From Candidatus Ozemobacteraceae bacterium (GTDB taxonomy: Bacteria; Muiribacteriota; Ozemobacteria; Ozemobacterales; Ozemobacteraceae), in contig OZ223236.1 of NCBI GenBank assembly GCA_965140445.1, positions 1,984,001 to 2,048,000 on the forward strand: DNA of 64,000 nucleotides. The letters run 5' to 3'. The stretch's first letter is position 1; every line of letters starts with the position of its first letter. The notes beneath the pieces are model-generated. The model was not told the DNA's origin. It worked only from the letters and a program-made list of their open reading frames with translations, and ran no database searches. Made by a program: the position numbers and the translations under genes. Shown one piece after another: positions 1 through 10,600 of this stretch.

Positions 1-270
1 GAAGACTTATCTGCTTCCATTTCAAATTCCAAAGAGTTCTCAGAAATTTTTGAAAAACCGGATTTCGAAAAATTGTCTGCTTTTTTTAAAAATTCCGAAC
101 CCAAGCTGTTCCCAATTTCTATTCGGGGAAAGTTTTTTGGGATTCTTGTTGTAACTCCAGGTGAGGAAATTGAATCGCAGGTCTTCTGTGAGGAATTTTT
201 GACTAAGCTGGCAAGGAATATTGCGTTTTGTTTTTTTCTTGTCGGTGAAGAGTTGGGTGCAGATTTATGA
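1..270 (+). CDS. 3' end of a gene truncated by the window edge (possibly GAF-like sensory domain)
   Basis: Frame 1 is open from base 1 to TGA at 268-270; the stop overlaps the next start (ATGA). Confidence 0.55.
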   Translation, partial: EDLSASISNSKEFSEIFEKPDFEKLSAFFKNSEPKLFPISIRGKFFGILVVTPGEEIESQVFCEEFLTKLARNIAFCFFLVGEELGADL

Positions 271-1994
271 AAAAAGACAAATATAGAGAATTAAGGCTGA
301 GAGCTGAAAAAGCAGTAAAAGACCCAGGTGTTACTAAAGATATGGCTCTGGATGATTTTAGCATTGAAGAAGCTGCTTCTGTCATTAACGAGCTTAGAGT
401 ATATCAGGTTGAACTGGAAATCCAAAATGAAGAGCTGATAAAAAAACAGATTGAAATCGAGAAATCGAGGGATCAATACTGGAAATTGTTTCATTTATCA
501 CCAGTTGGGTATCTTATGATTAATGAATCTGGCCTGATAATCGAGGCAAACACAACTTTTGGTAAAATGGTTGCGATGCCCAGAGATAAGATAATCGGAA
601 AAGCATTGGTGAACTTTATCTCTAAAGAATTTCATGAATATTATTGGAGCCGATTTCGAAGCTTTTATAGGCAACCAAATGATAAAACTTTTGAAGTGCA
701 GCTTTTAAATGAGAATAATGAATTATTCTGGGTTTTGATTTCAGGTTGCCCTTATTCTGAATCCAAGGCCGAGGATGATAGCCTTTTAATAAACATTATA
801 AATATAGATTCTAAAAAACTTCTGGAGATTGAGCAAAAAAGACTTAATGACAGAATGAACCATTTTCAGAGATTGGAAAGCCTTGGGATATTGGCTGGCG
901 GAATTGCTCATGATTTTAATAATATGCTAACAGTTATAAGAGCTAATGCTGAATTAATAAGCCTGAGGGATGAAATCTCCAAAAATTGCAGTTCGCAGTT
1001 AAATGACTTATTTTTGGCTGTTGATAGATCGGCAAAGCTTACTTCTCAAATGCTAACCTATGCAGGAAAGGGATTCTTTTCATTGCAATTGTCTGATATC
1101 GGAAGAGAAGTTGAACTTTTTAAACCCCTTTTGCGTTCATCAGTGTCTGCTGAGATCAACCTCAATATTTCCTATGAAAAATGCTGCTATGCAGAGTGTG
1201 ATGTCAGCCAGATTCATCAGATTCTAATGAATTCTGTAATTAACGCATCTGAAGCAATTAGTCCCAATTATGGAAACATTGAATTGAAGGTTTATACAAC
1301 CAGACTTGAAAATTTTAACTTTGATAACTTTAAAGTTTTTCCCGAACTGCCTTTTGAAAAATATGTTTGCATCGAAATTAATGATGACGGCTGTGGAATA
1401 GATGCAGAAACGATGAATAAGATTTTTGATCCATTCTTCTCTACCAAATTTACTGGCAGAGGGTTGGGTATGGCGGCCGTGTTAGGCGTTGTGAAACAAC
1501 ATCTTGGTGGCATATATGCAGAAAGCAAACCCGGAGAGGGCAGCAGATTCTGTTATTTTATTCCTTTTGCCAAAAACAAGTGTCTGGAAGATGAAGCACT
1601 CCAGCCCAGAGCAGGCCAAAATAAGTTAGATTGGCAGGGAGTCGCATTGGTAATAGACGATGATGATAGCATTCGTGATGTCCAATGTGCGTTTTTAAGA
1701 AAGCTCGGCTTTAATCCATTTGTCGCAGGTGATGGACAATTGGGACTTTTAATGCTTGAAGAGTTGTCTGACGATGTTTCTATTCTTGTTCTCGATCTTT
1801 GTATGCCCAAACTTAACGGCTTGGATTTTTTTAGACGTCTTAGGGAGACAAGGAAAGAACTTCCTGTAATTTTTTGTACAGGACATGCACCAGACTCTAT
1901 CCCAGAAGAATTTTTGAACGAAAAAAATACTGGATTTCTTCCAAAGCCATTTTCATTTGAAGAACTGGAAAAGGTTATTGCCGAACTCTTATAA
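267..1994 (+). CDS. PAS-domain hybrid sensor histidine kinase with C-terminal receiver
   Basis: ELRVYQVELEIQNEEL coiled coil, PAS, H-box GGIAHDFNNML, DDGCGI, FDPFFSTK, GRGLGM, receiver LDLCMP...KPF. Confidence 0.93.
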   Translation: MKKDKYRELRLRAEKAVKDPGVTKDMALDDFSIEEAASVINELRVYQVELEIQNEELIKKQIEIEKSRDQYWKLFHLSPVGYLMINESGLIIEANTTFGKMVAMPRDKIIGKALVNFISKEFHEYYWSRFRSFYRQPNDKTFEVQLLNENNELFWVLISGCPYSESKAEDDSLLINIINIDSKKLLEIEQKRLNDRMNHFQRLESLGILAGGIAHDFNNMLTVIRANAELISLRDEISKNCSSQLNDLFLAVDRSAKLTSQMLTYAGKGFFSLQLSDIGREVELFKPLLRSSVSAEINLNISYEKCCYAECDVSQIHQILMNSVINASEAISPNYGNIELKVYTTRLENFNFDNFKVFPELPFEKYVCIEINDDGCGIDAETMNKIFDPFFSTKFTGRGLGMAAVLGVVKQHLGGIYAESKPGEGSRFCYFIPFAKNKCLEDEALQPRAGQNKLDWQGVALVIDDDDSIRDVQCAFLRKLGFNPFVAGDGQLGLLMLEELSDDVSILVLDLCMPKLNGLDFFRRLRETRKELPVIFCTGHAPDSIPEEFLNEKNTGFLPKPFSFEELEKVIAELL

Positions 1995-2148
1995 TAGCAG
2001 GTCTCAAAGGGTTTTTTATCCAAACTTTATTGCTTATTGCTACTTTTCTCTGAAAAGTCTTTTTGCGCATGGAATTTCTATCAAAAACATTTATTAATTA
2101 AACCGGATCAAATAATTTCAAATTATTTTTATTGTTTTACGTCTTCCA

Positions 2149-2177
2149 TTGACGACTTCCCATTATATCCGTAAAAT
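2149..2177 (+). promoter_or_regulatory. sigma70-type promoter
   Basis: TTGACG-17 nt-TAAAAT upstream of the SD-preceded ATG at 2227. Confidence 0.7.
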
Positions 2178-2226
2178 TAAACTTAAATTATTGTACTTCT
2201 CCTGTGGAAATTTGAAGGAGGCTTTT

Positions 2227-3024
2227 ATGAAAAGAGGTTTATACCTACTTTTATCGGTTACCGCGATTCTGGTAATTTTTACCAGTAGTCAACTTTTTGC
2301 CGCCGGTTCTGGTTTTGTACCAAAATGGAACGTTGGCGACGCATGGGCTCTTGAGGCTTCTTATAAAGACCTGAAGAATCCTGGTGATGTTTGGCTCCCG
2401 CCAATTAAATGGTTTTTTAAAGTAAGAGCAATTAAAGAAGCTTTCCGTCAGGAATGCTATGTTCTTCATATTTATCCACAAAGCAAACGTCTTAAGGTTC
2501 AGGCTGTTTTATGGTTAGCTGTAAACGACTTGAGACCGTTAAAGGTTATCGATATTTTCCCTTCTGGAAACAGCGTAAAAAGCGTTGAAAGAAGTGTTGA
2601 TCCGTATAATCCGAATCCATTGATTTCAGAAGATTCAATTGTACCTTACGATTTACCAGTATTTCCTTTGATTAAAAACGATGTTCAGAATGCTGATGGA
2701 TTTGATGCCTATCGTTCTGAAGCATCAACAAAGAAATATGCAAAGGTTACAAAAATTGGCGGCCTGTCCTTTAAAAAAACTTACGGACAGAAAAATAAAG
2801 CTCCAGATAAACAGCATGCAGATGCTTTCGCAGCATATAAACGCGGTGGGCAGACTTTCCAGGTTGAAATCGCTAAGGATAAAAGAGGCGGCAAAGGAAT
2901 TGTACAGCTTTGGCAGCAGGGATCACCTTGGGCCATTTCCTCAGAATCGAACGACAGAAAAGTTAAGCTTGTTCCACTTACCTCAAGATCTAACGCTCCA
3001 GAATCTAATGGAGGTGATGAGTAA
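2227..3024 (+). CDS. Exported hypothetical protein
   Basis: AAGGAG SD before ATG 2227; signal peptide MKRGLYLLLSVTAILVIF...LFA; stop overlaps the next start. Confidence 0.8.
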   Translation: MKRGLYLLLSVTAILVIFTSSQLFAAGSGFVPKWNVGDAWALEASYKDLKNPGDVWLPPIKWFFKVRAIKEAFRQECYVLHIYPQSKRLKVQAVLWLAVNDLRPLKVIDIFPSGNSVKSVERSVDPYNPNPLISEDSIVPYDLPVFPLIKNDVQNADGFDAYRSEASTKKYAKVTKIGGLSFKKTYGQKNKAPDKQHADAFAAYKRGGQTFQVEIAKDKRGGKGIVQLWQQGSPWAISSESNDRKVKLVPLTSRSNAPESNGGDE

Positions 3025-4007
3025 TGAAAAAGGTATTAGCACTCATTCTACTCGTATCACTCTTTTCACCACTTGTTGCAATGGCCGAAGACTCTGCTAG
3101 TGGCGAAATTAAACCAGCTCCATGGTCAGGTGACTGGTGGTCACGAAAGAAAGGCTTCCTTGTAAAAGGGTGGCCTGGACACAGTCCATCACCATTTGAA
3201 AAATTTGACGCTTATGTTGAATCCAGAACTGGAAGAAACCCTGGCGTTCACGCATGGGAAAGCAATAAAAAGAATGGCCACTACAATCCTAAAGCCGAAA
3301 ATTGGGAAGGCCACTGCAACGGATGGTCAGCAGCTTCAATTCTTTGCCCGGAACCAAGAAAAACTCACGTGAGAAACGGTATTGAGTTTAAAACTGCCGA
3401 TCAAAAAGGTATTCTTGCCGAAATGCACATGAATACCTACTGTAAGTTCTATGGTAACAGAAACTGGGGCAGACCTAACGATGATGAAGATGATATTTAT
3501 CCAGATGAATTTCACAGACTCCTCATGGAATACATCGCATCAGGTAAGAGTGCTATAATTTGTGATACCTCTTATGATGAACAGGTGTGGAACTTCCCTC
3601 TTTATAAATTTGAATCCTCGTGGTCAACTGGTTGGCTTGATGACTCAAAATTAAAAGTTAAAACCACTGTTTATTATGCAGATGATGGAGTTAGACCTGA
3701 CTTTATCGGAACCAAATGGTTCAGCACAACTTATACATACAATCTGTTCCTTGATGAAAATGGAAACATTGTAGAAGGCGAATGGACTGGCTCGTCTAAG
3801 AGAAACCACCCTGATTTCGTGTGGGTTCCAAATGCCGATGCTCCAAATCCAAACGGTTCAAATCAGGAAAATCCTAATATTGATCCAAAATTCGTAAAAG
3901 AGATTACTGATGGACCTGAAAATCAGGATTTCAGAGATGGAACTGAATTCAGAACTCCTGATGCAGTTATCATGGAAGCCGGATTGGACCCTCAAGAACT
4001 TTTCTAA
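3024..4007 (+). CDS. Secreted transglutaminase-elicitor (GP42-like) family protein
   Basis: Signal peptide; PWSGDWW, WEGHCNGWSAASI, QVWNFP, YTYNLFLDENGNIVEGEW, HPDFVW motifs. Confidence 0.78.
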   Translation: MKKVLALILLVSLFSPLVAMAEDSASGEIKPAPWSGDWWSRKKGFLVKGWPGHSPSPFEKFDAYVESRTGRNPGVHAWESNKKNGHYNPKAENWEGHCNGWSAASILCPEPRKTHVRNGIEFKTADQKGILAEMHMNTYCKFYGNRNWGRPNDDEDDIYPDEFHRLLMEYIASGKSAIICDTSYDEQVWNFPLYKFESSWSTGWLDDSKLKVKTTVYYADDGVRPDFIGTKWFSTTYTYNLFLDENGNIVEGEWTGSSKRNHPDFVWVPNADAPNPNGSNQENPNIDPKFVKEITDGPENQDFRDGTEFRTPDAVIMEAGLDPQELF

Positions 4008-4016
4008 GTTAAATCT

Positions 4017-4058
4017 AAAAAAAAACAGGTCGGTTTCTTTACCGGCCTGTTTTTTTTT
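4017..4058 (+). terminator. Intrinsic terminator
   Basis: ACAGGTCGGT/ACCGGCCTGT stem flanked by A-tract and T-tract. Confidence 0.85.
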
Positions 4059-4113
4059 GCATATCATGAATTTTTTCTGATTTTTTGTTAGTATTCACGT
4101 ATTAAGGGAAAGA

Positions 4114-4617
4114 ATGAAAAATATAGAAAAAAGTAAAACATCTATGTTCAGAAACAGTAAAACTGCAATGACTTTTGTTGAAATAATGATTGCAGGATTA
4201 CTGATGATAGTGCTTTTCATAATTGGCTGGACTATTTCGACAAGTTTTACCGGTGTAAAAAAAGTCAGAAATTATGAAACTGCCGTTTTTCTGGCGAACC
4301 AGGCGATTGAGTCAGTTAGAGCTGCAAGATCCCGGGAGTTGGGAAGTGATCATGATAAAAGAAAAAACACTCTGATTTCAGATTTTTCTTCTGCTAATAA
4401 CATTTTTGACCACAAAAATGGAGAAGGGTTCGTCCCCGTTGTTGAAATTGGTGGAATTGAATACAAAAGAAAAGTTAGTATTATCGATATTCCATCTTCA
4501 AATAAGGATATAGCTCCTGAGCTTAAACTAATAAAGGTTCTTGTTAGTTGGAAAGCCAGAGATGATGGAAAACCGATTGAGTTTGAAGTGGTAACAACTC
4601 ACTGCGAGCAATGGTAA
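4114..4617 (+). CDS. Minor pilin/pseudopilin-like protein (PilV/GspI-like)
   Basis: Class III-like signal KTA|MTFVEIMIAGLLMIVLF with Glu at +5. Confidence 0.75.
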   Translation: MKNIEKSKTSMFRNSKTAMTFVEIMIAGLLMIVLFIIGWTISTSFTGVKKVRNYETAVFLANQAIESVRAARSRELGSDHDKRKNTLISDFSSANNIFDHKNGEGFVPVVEIGGIEYKRKVSIIDIPSSNKDIAPELKLIKVLVSWKARDDGKPIEFEVVTTHCEQW

Positions 4618-5339
4618 AAATACTTAAAAAACTAAAACAGAAAAAAGGTATTACTCTGGTAGAAATTGTAATCGCCAGCAGTCTTTTCATGCTCCTGATG
4701 GTTGCGGCCTATCGTCTTTTTTTTGCTGAGGTTATCTCAATTAGAACAGCTTTAGAGCACATTGGAGTTAATGAAAGTGCCAGGCGTTTCTTTGCACATC
4801 TGGGAAATGACATCAGAAACGCAAATTGGATAGAATTTCCAGAGCAGACAAATCGCCAGACGGTATCAGTTCTTCCTACTGTATCAGAGGGAAAGGTCTG
4901 CACATTGTTGAGGCAGGTTCTGGACTTTCAAGTTAAGCCGCCTGACCCTTCATTTATTAAAATTGAAAGAATTGAGTATTTCCTGAAAAAGGCCAAGGAC
5001 GGCTCCAGCGATCTTTATAAAAAAGTTTTCTCTGAGGCACAAGGCGGCCCGGAAGCAAGGAAAAAAGTTGAATATGAAAAGCTGGTGTGTGATGGGATAA
5101 AAGATCTTGTCCTATTTAGAACCATCAGAAAGCCGGCCACAATTTCAAACTTTTCAGCGGCTGTTCCATTTAAAAACCTGCTTTCATACGAGCCTTACGA
5201 TCTGGACGGAACTGGCCCATATCTTGTTCACGTCAGAGCTACTTTTATAAGAAAAGGGAAAGATCGTGGCGAGGGTGGGGCGCATCATGTTAAAACCAGC
5301 TTTTGCGTTAGAGGCAAACTTAACGGAGTCCACCCATGA
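4611..5339 (+). CDS. Prepilin-type N-terminal cleavage/methylation protein (PilW/GspJ-like)
   Basis: KKG|ITLVEIVIASSLF motif. Confidence 0.85.
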   Translation: MVKILKKLKQKKGITLVEIVIASSLFMLLMVAAYRLFFAEVISIRTALEHIGVNESARRFFAHLGNDIRNANWIEFPEQTNRQTVSVLPTVSEGKVCTLLRQVLDFQVKPPDPSFIKIERIEYFLKKAKDGSSDLYKKVFSEAQGGPEARKKVEYEKLVCDGIKDLVLFRTIRKPATISNFSAAVPFKNLLSYEPYDLDGTGPYLVHVRATFIRKGKDRGEGGAHHVKTSFCVRGKLNGVHP

Positions 5340-7552
5340 GAAAAGTGTCTTTAAATAGCCGAGGACAAGCCTTAATTGTGATCCTGATGATATGTCTGGT
5401 TCTGGGAATACTTGGCGGTGCAGTTTTAAACTTTCAACGTGGGCAAATTAATCTGGTTTCCAGATCTGCAAAGGACTTTCTCGCTCTATGTGTTGCGGAA
5501 GCCGGATTAAACGCAGTCATGGCCGAAATGAAGGCTGACTATCAATTTGTTACCCATGGAAATCCTTATGTTCCACAAAAAGGCTGGGGATCACCGGCTA
5601 CACATAAATATCTTGTCGTGAAGAGTTTTGACGCTCTTAAGATTGATAGCAATGCTTCTGGTGATTACACCGGCTCGGTAAATCTTGAAAAAATGCATCT
5701 AAAAGGTGATTTTAAGGTCAGAATCAAACTAATTGGGGCTAAAAATAGTTTAGATTCACTTACTGTTGATGAATCACACCGATATTTCCTTCTCGAAGCC
5801 TATGGCAGAGTTGATGGAGCCTGTAGAAAGATTTCGACTGTTGTTGAAAAAATACTTCCGGGAAACTTTCTACTTTATGATGGGCAGTTTTTGGATGTGG
5901 GAGAATATGGCCCTTATAGAGTTATCTCGGGAGAGATGAATGTTGGCCGTTTGTATGGACATGATCTGTTGATGTTTTCCCGTCGAGGTCCATTGGATAG
6001 GGGAGTAGAACTTCAAAAAATGGAACGAATATCTACTCCCGGCCACATTAAAGCCTATGCTTCTACGCAGGTTGAATTTAGTAACGGAAAGCGCGGAACA
6101 ATTAAATCTGACAATGATTCTTCCCGACCTGAAAAATTTGATTCTCACCCTGTAATGGCCGGTAAAAAGATGATTGATCAGTATGTATTAGATGGTTATC
6201 ACGGAGGAAAACCCGCCAGATTACCACCCTTAAACCCTGAATACTATAAAAATGCTAAAAAACCTAAACCCGATTTTTTAAGACCGGGTGCCAGTTACAA
6301 AGGCTTTAAAGAGTCAAAGTGGAGAAATCCTGCCAAGCCAGATGAAGTAGTCTATGACCTGTTTTTTGGTTGGGATTATAAGAACGCGGAAGACAAGGTT
6401 CTTTTGTATTCTTCTGTCCCATTAAGAATCTGGGGAAATCCGCCAGTAAAGAGTATGACAATCTTTTGCGAAAAAGATGTTTATATTGCCGGTGATTTTA
6501 ATGCTAATCGCGAAAATCCTCAAAACTATACTCTTGGTTTCAAAGATTACACAAACGAACTGCGAAATGGCACTGATAAAAATGGTGTGGCTGTTTTATC
6601 TATGGGAAGAATCTGGTTCGATTATTCCAATCCATTGAATTTTTTACGTAACGAACTTATGACTCTTATTGATTACGAAATTGCTCTGACGCTGGCCGAT
6701 GAAAATATCAGCGAAATGGTTTTGGCACCGATTGTCTATCCCCCAAGGTTTAAAACAACTTCTTCTGATAAAAGATTGCCAATGACAGCCCTGAACTTTA
6801 CGGCAATCAGCAAGCTTTTTGCTCTTCCAAAACAGCCACCTGAAATATTTGCAGCTAATATGGCCAGGGTGGGGCTACACTCATCCCTTTCAAAGCTCAG
6901 AGATTATTTTCAAACTTCAATAAAACCTGAAGAATATAAAAATAGATTTAGTATCAAAAGCCGTTCTGAACGAACAAAAGTTTATGTTGGAATTGGTGAG
7001 AGGGCTTTCATGACGGGCATTGTTCTTAAGGGAGCGCGGGACGGAATAATTGAATCTGTTTTAGATCAATCCTATAAAGAAATCACAGAAGGAGAGCCGG
7101 ACCCCACACTTGGCCCATGGAATGCTCCTGACAGACTTTTCAAAATAGCAGTTAAAAGACCAAAAACAGGATTTAAAATTCCAGAGATGACTGTAAATGC
7201 ACTGTTGGTTGATTCTTCAGAACTAAATGCCAGATGGTTGCCAGGAAACAAAACGTTGAAAGTTCGCTGCGAACTTGGCAACATTGCGCATCCTGCTATG
7301 AACAGTCTTCCTTTTTTGAGTAAAAACTCAAGAATGGTTTTAAGGCATTATGGGGGCATGATCCATCTCAGGAATCGCCCGGGAAAACCCTTTCTAACTG
7401 GATCATTAAGAAACGACCAGCCGATTGTAAGAAGAATGGTTTATGATAAAACCTATGTAAGAGGTGGAGGAGATTACTTCCCGCCCTACATGCCTGCAGG
7501 CTTTAGTGTCATTAGTTGGACAGATGAGTCTGTTCCTGCAAGTGAGTTTTGA
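5336..7552 (+). CDS. Large PilX/GspK-like minor pilin
   Basis: RG|QALIVILMICLVLGILG without Glu+5, then ALCVAEAGLN (PilX-N-like motif). Confidence 0.7.
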   Translation: MRKVSLNSRGQALIVILMICLVLGILGGAVLNFQRGQINLVSRSAKDFLALCVAEAGLNAVMAEMKADYQFVTHGNPYVPQKGWGSPATHKYLVVKSFDALKIDSNASGDYTGSVNLEKMHLKGDFKVRIKLIGAKNSLDSLTVDESHRYFLLEAYGRVDGACRKISTVVEKILPGNFLLYDGQFLDVGEYGPYRVISGEMNVGRLYGHDLLMFSRRGPLDRGVELQKMERISTPGHIKAYASTQVEFSNGKRGTIKSDNDSSRPEKFDSHPVMAGKKMIDQYVLDGYHGGKPARLPPLNPEYYKNAKKPKPDFLRPGASYKGFKESKWRNPAKPDEVVYDLFFGWDYKNAEDKVLLYSSVPLRIWGNPPVKSMTIFCEKDVYIAGDFNANRENPQNYTLGFKDYTNELRNGTDKNGVAVLSMGRIWFDYSNPLNFLRNELMTLIDYEIALTLADENISEMVLAPIVYPPRFKTTSSDKRLPMTALNFTAISKLFALPKQPPEIFAANMARVGLHSSLSKLRDYFQTSIKPEEYKNRFSIKSRSERTKVYVGIGERAFMTGIVLKGARDGIIESVLDQSYKEITEGEPDPTLGPWNAPDRLFKIAVKRPKTGFKIPEMTVNALLVDSSELNARWLPGNKTLKVRCELGNIAHPAMNSLPFLSKNSRMVLRHYGGMIHLRNRPGKPFLTGSLRNDQPIVRRMVYDKTYVRGGGDYFPPYMPAGFSVISWTDESVPASEF

Positions 7553-7589
7553 TAACACTAAAAATAGACAACTAAATGTCTCTATGGCA

Positions 7590-7618
7590 TTGAATTAGAG
7601 ATGGTTAAATGCTAATAT
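7590..7618 (+). promoter_or_regulatory. sigma70-type promoter, probably leaderless
   Basis: TTGAAT-17-TAATAT with TG extension, 7 nt before ATG 7626, no SD. Confidence 0.55.
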
Positions 7619-7625
7619 TTTACTC

Positions 7626-10600
7626 ATGCGGAATCTTTGGATACTTTTTTGCTGCCTGTGTTTAACAGTTTTTATTGGCTGCCTTGGTATGGGAGGCGGT
7701 GGCGGTGGCACATCAGGAACCTCTGGAACCGTAATTGATTCATCTGCTGTTCTTTCTGGAAAAGTTTATTTTGGTAAAAGTTCCCTATACGGCGGAATTC
7801 CTGTTCTGGCAAAAGATATTAGCGGCGTGGTCATGGGAAGCACAGTCACTGATGCTTACGGGAACTATTCCTTTTCTGAGCTGGCCCCCGGTGTTTATAA
7901 TCTTTTTGCTTCAACTGGCGAATCGGAAAATCAATTTGTATCTGCAATTCAGGTTATCCCAGGCAATCCATCTAAAACCCAGGAAAAAAATCTTATCGAG
8001 CTTGATAGCGTAAGCATTGATAATGTTACTTCTACCTCTGTTCGATTAAAATTTTCAACTTCTCAAAGCTGTATCTCGCAGGTTGAATATAGCTATGCGG
8101 GGGGAGCAACAAATCTTGTTTCCGTTAACACTACCTTTGCGGACACTCATAGCACTACTATTACTGGTCTTTTGCCAAGCACCAGATATGGTTTTATCGT
8201 TAAGCTGCAAACCCAGGATGGGCAGCAATTTCTTTATTCATCTCTTTCAACACAAACGCTGGCTGGCATAGGACCAAATAAAACTGGTATAAGCATTGAA
8301 AATGGGGCAGTTTCTACTCGTTTTACTGCTGTCCGATTATATTTAAATGCTGAAAATGCTTCTCAAATGAGAATCGGCACCACAGAAGATCTAACCGATT
8401 CTATCTGGGAGACCTATAGTTCTTTCAAGGATGTTACGCTTTCAGCTGGTGATGGAACCAAAAGAGTTTACGTGCAGTTTAGAGACGCTTTTGGAAACCA
8501 GAGCTCGGTTATGAATGATTCCATCTTGCTGAAGTCCAGCTCCAATGGATATATCGGAGTTTGGATTAACAATGGTGAAGCTTTGACAAACGATAATAAT
8601 GTTGTTTTATCGATGCTTTTTCCTGGCGCTACGCGAATGCAGCTTTCCAGCAGATCAGACTTTTTTAACTCTTACTGGGAAATCTTTTCTGAAACGAAAA
8701 AATTCAAATTTGAGGCTGGCGATGGCCCAAAGGTCGTCTATGCAAAGTTTAGTGGTGGCAATGCTGATCCAAATAAAGTTTATACGGGTTCTATCCAACT
8801 TGACACAACTGGACCAGAAGTGGCTTTTACCATTAATGGGGGGGCAGCCAAAACAAATAATATTACTGTAACCCTTAACTTTACACCTCTTCAGGTGCCT
8901 TCAAAAATGCAAATTGAGCAGGACGGATCTTTTGACGCTGAGTCAACCTGGGTGCAGTATTCTGACAGCTATCAGTATGTTTTGTCTAACACTGAAGGAA
9001 CTAAAACTGTTTATGCGAGATTTGCTGATGAATTAGGAAACATTTTTGGTCCTGTAACGGATCAGATCGAATTAGATTTGACTCCACCTCAAAATATTTC
9101 ATTCTCTATTAATGATGGGGAAAGCCAGACTTCCGAGCTTGAGGTCAGACTTTCCGTGTCTGCCGATGATGCCTCTCAAATAATGATTTCAAACAATGAA
9201 AACTTTGCTGGAGCAACTTACGAAAGATATAAAACCATTAAATCATGGGTTTTGGGCGGTTACGGAATTCAATCCGTATATATGATGTTTGTGGATGATG
9301 CAAGCAATACAAGCTCTGCAATTGTTCAAAGTATTGAGGTAATCGGGGAACCTGCTGCAAGTGGCTCAATTAAAATTAACGAAGACGACTCCTATTCTGA
9401 ATCAGCAACCAATAGTCTTTACGTCTATTCCGATGTTGCAACTAAGTTCAGAATTTCCGAAAACGAGAATTTTTCAACCTTGTCAGATATTACCTATACG
9501 CCAAACTACACCGGCAATGTAATGAAGATCGACAACTTTGTTTTCGACCCATTAGCCGGGCACAAAAAAGTGTATGTGAGATTCCAGGACGCCTCTGGAA
9601 GTTATTCAATTGCCAGTGATACTATTATCTTCATTGGGCCCGCCAGCAATTCTATCACTACAGTTGATCCCCAGCCACTTGGCACCTACACAGTCAATTT
9701 AAGGCCATTTGCTGAAAAAGCCTCTGAAATGCTTATTACCGAGAACTATGCTGATCTTTCCAACCAATCTATCTGGCAGCCATTTAATTATTCAGTAAAC
9801 TTTTCTCTTACCCAGGTTAATGGCAAGCATACTATTTATGCTAAATATCGAAATGTCGGACACGTTGAGACTCCGGTAATGACTCTGGATGTGCAGGTTA
9901 GCGAGATTGCCCCGGCCTCACCTTCTATTGTTCTAAACGCTGGAGATTCAGTTACTAACAGATCAAATGTTCAGGTTAATGTTGTTACCTCAGAATTCTA
10001 TCCAATTCTGCGCTTATCAAATGATGGAAACTTTTTCTCAGGAGCTGATCAGGCAGCAGTTAATCAACCATGGTTTTTAACCCCTGTTGCCGGAGAAAAG
10101 ACAGTATATGCAAGATTCCAGCACTCAACGACTGGTGCTTATGTATTCGCTACCGATACAATTACTGCTGTTGGCCCAGCCAGTCCAACCATTTCAACCA
10201 GTGATTCCCAACCCCTGAACAAAAACTGGGTTGCGCTAAAACTATATGCGGGCAATGCAACAGATATGATAGTTAGCGAAAATCCAGGCATTAAAGATGC
10301 TACAACCGGATGGGTTCCTTATCAGGAGCAGCTAAGTTTCCCACTTTCAACCGGTGTTGGAAATCATACTATTTATGCAAAATTTAGAAACGCGGCAACT
10401 AACTGGATAGAAACCGAGCCAGTTAGCCTTGTGGTTTCTGTTAACAACCAATCTCCAACCGGAAACACAGCTACTTTTAGAGCCTCAGCAGATCCAACTT
10501 CAACCGCTCTTTCGGAAGTTCCTGTCGGGTCTTTGCCGGCCTTCCTGCATTTTGATATTCAAGATCCTTTGACAGCTACTGTTTCATGGCAGCTGGCTTC

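Noticed and set aside
2149..2226. Upstream TTG start extensions (also 19661 and 49944)
   Set aside because: Each TTG is part of a -35 box (TTGAC); SD-preceded ATGs lie downstream
2681..3100. 139-aa alternative-frame ORF and the many other short overlapping or antisense ORFs in the track
   Set aside because: They are shadows of well-supported genes, with no motifs or SD
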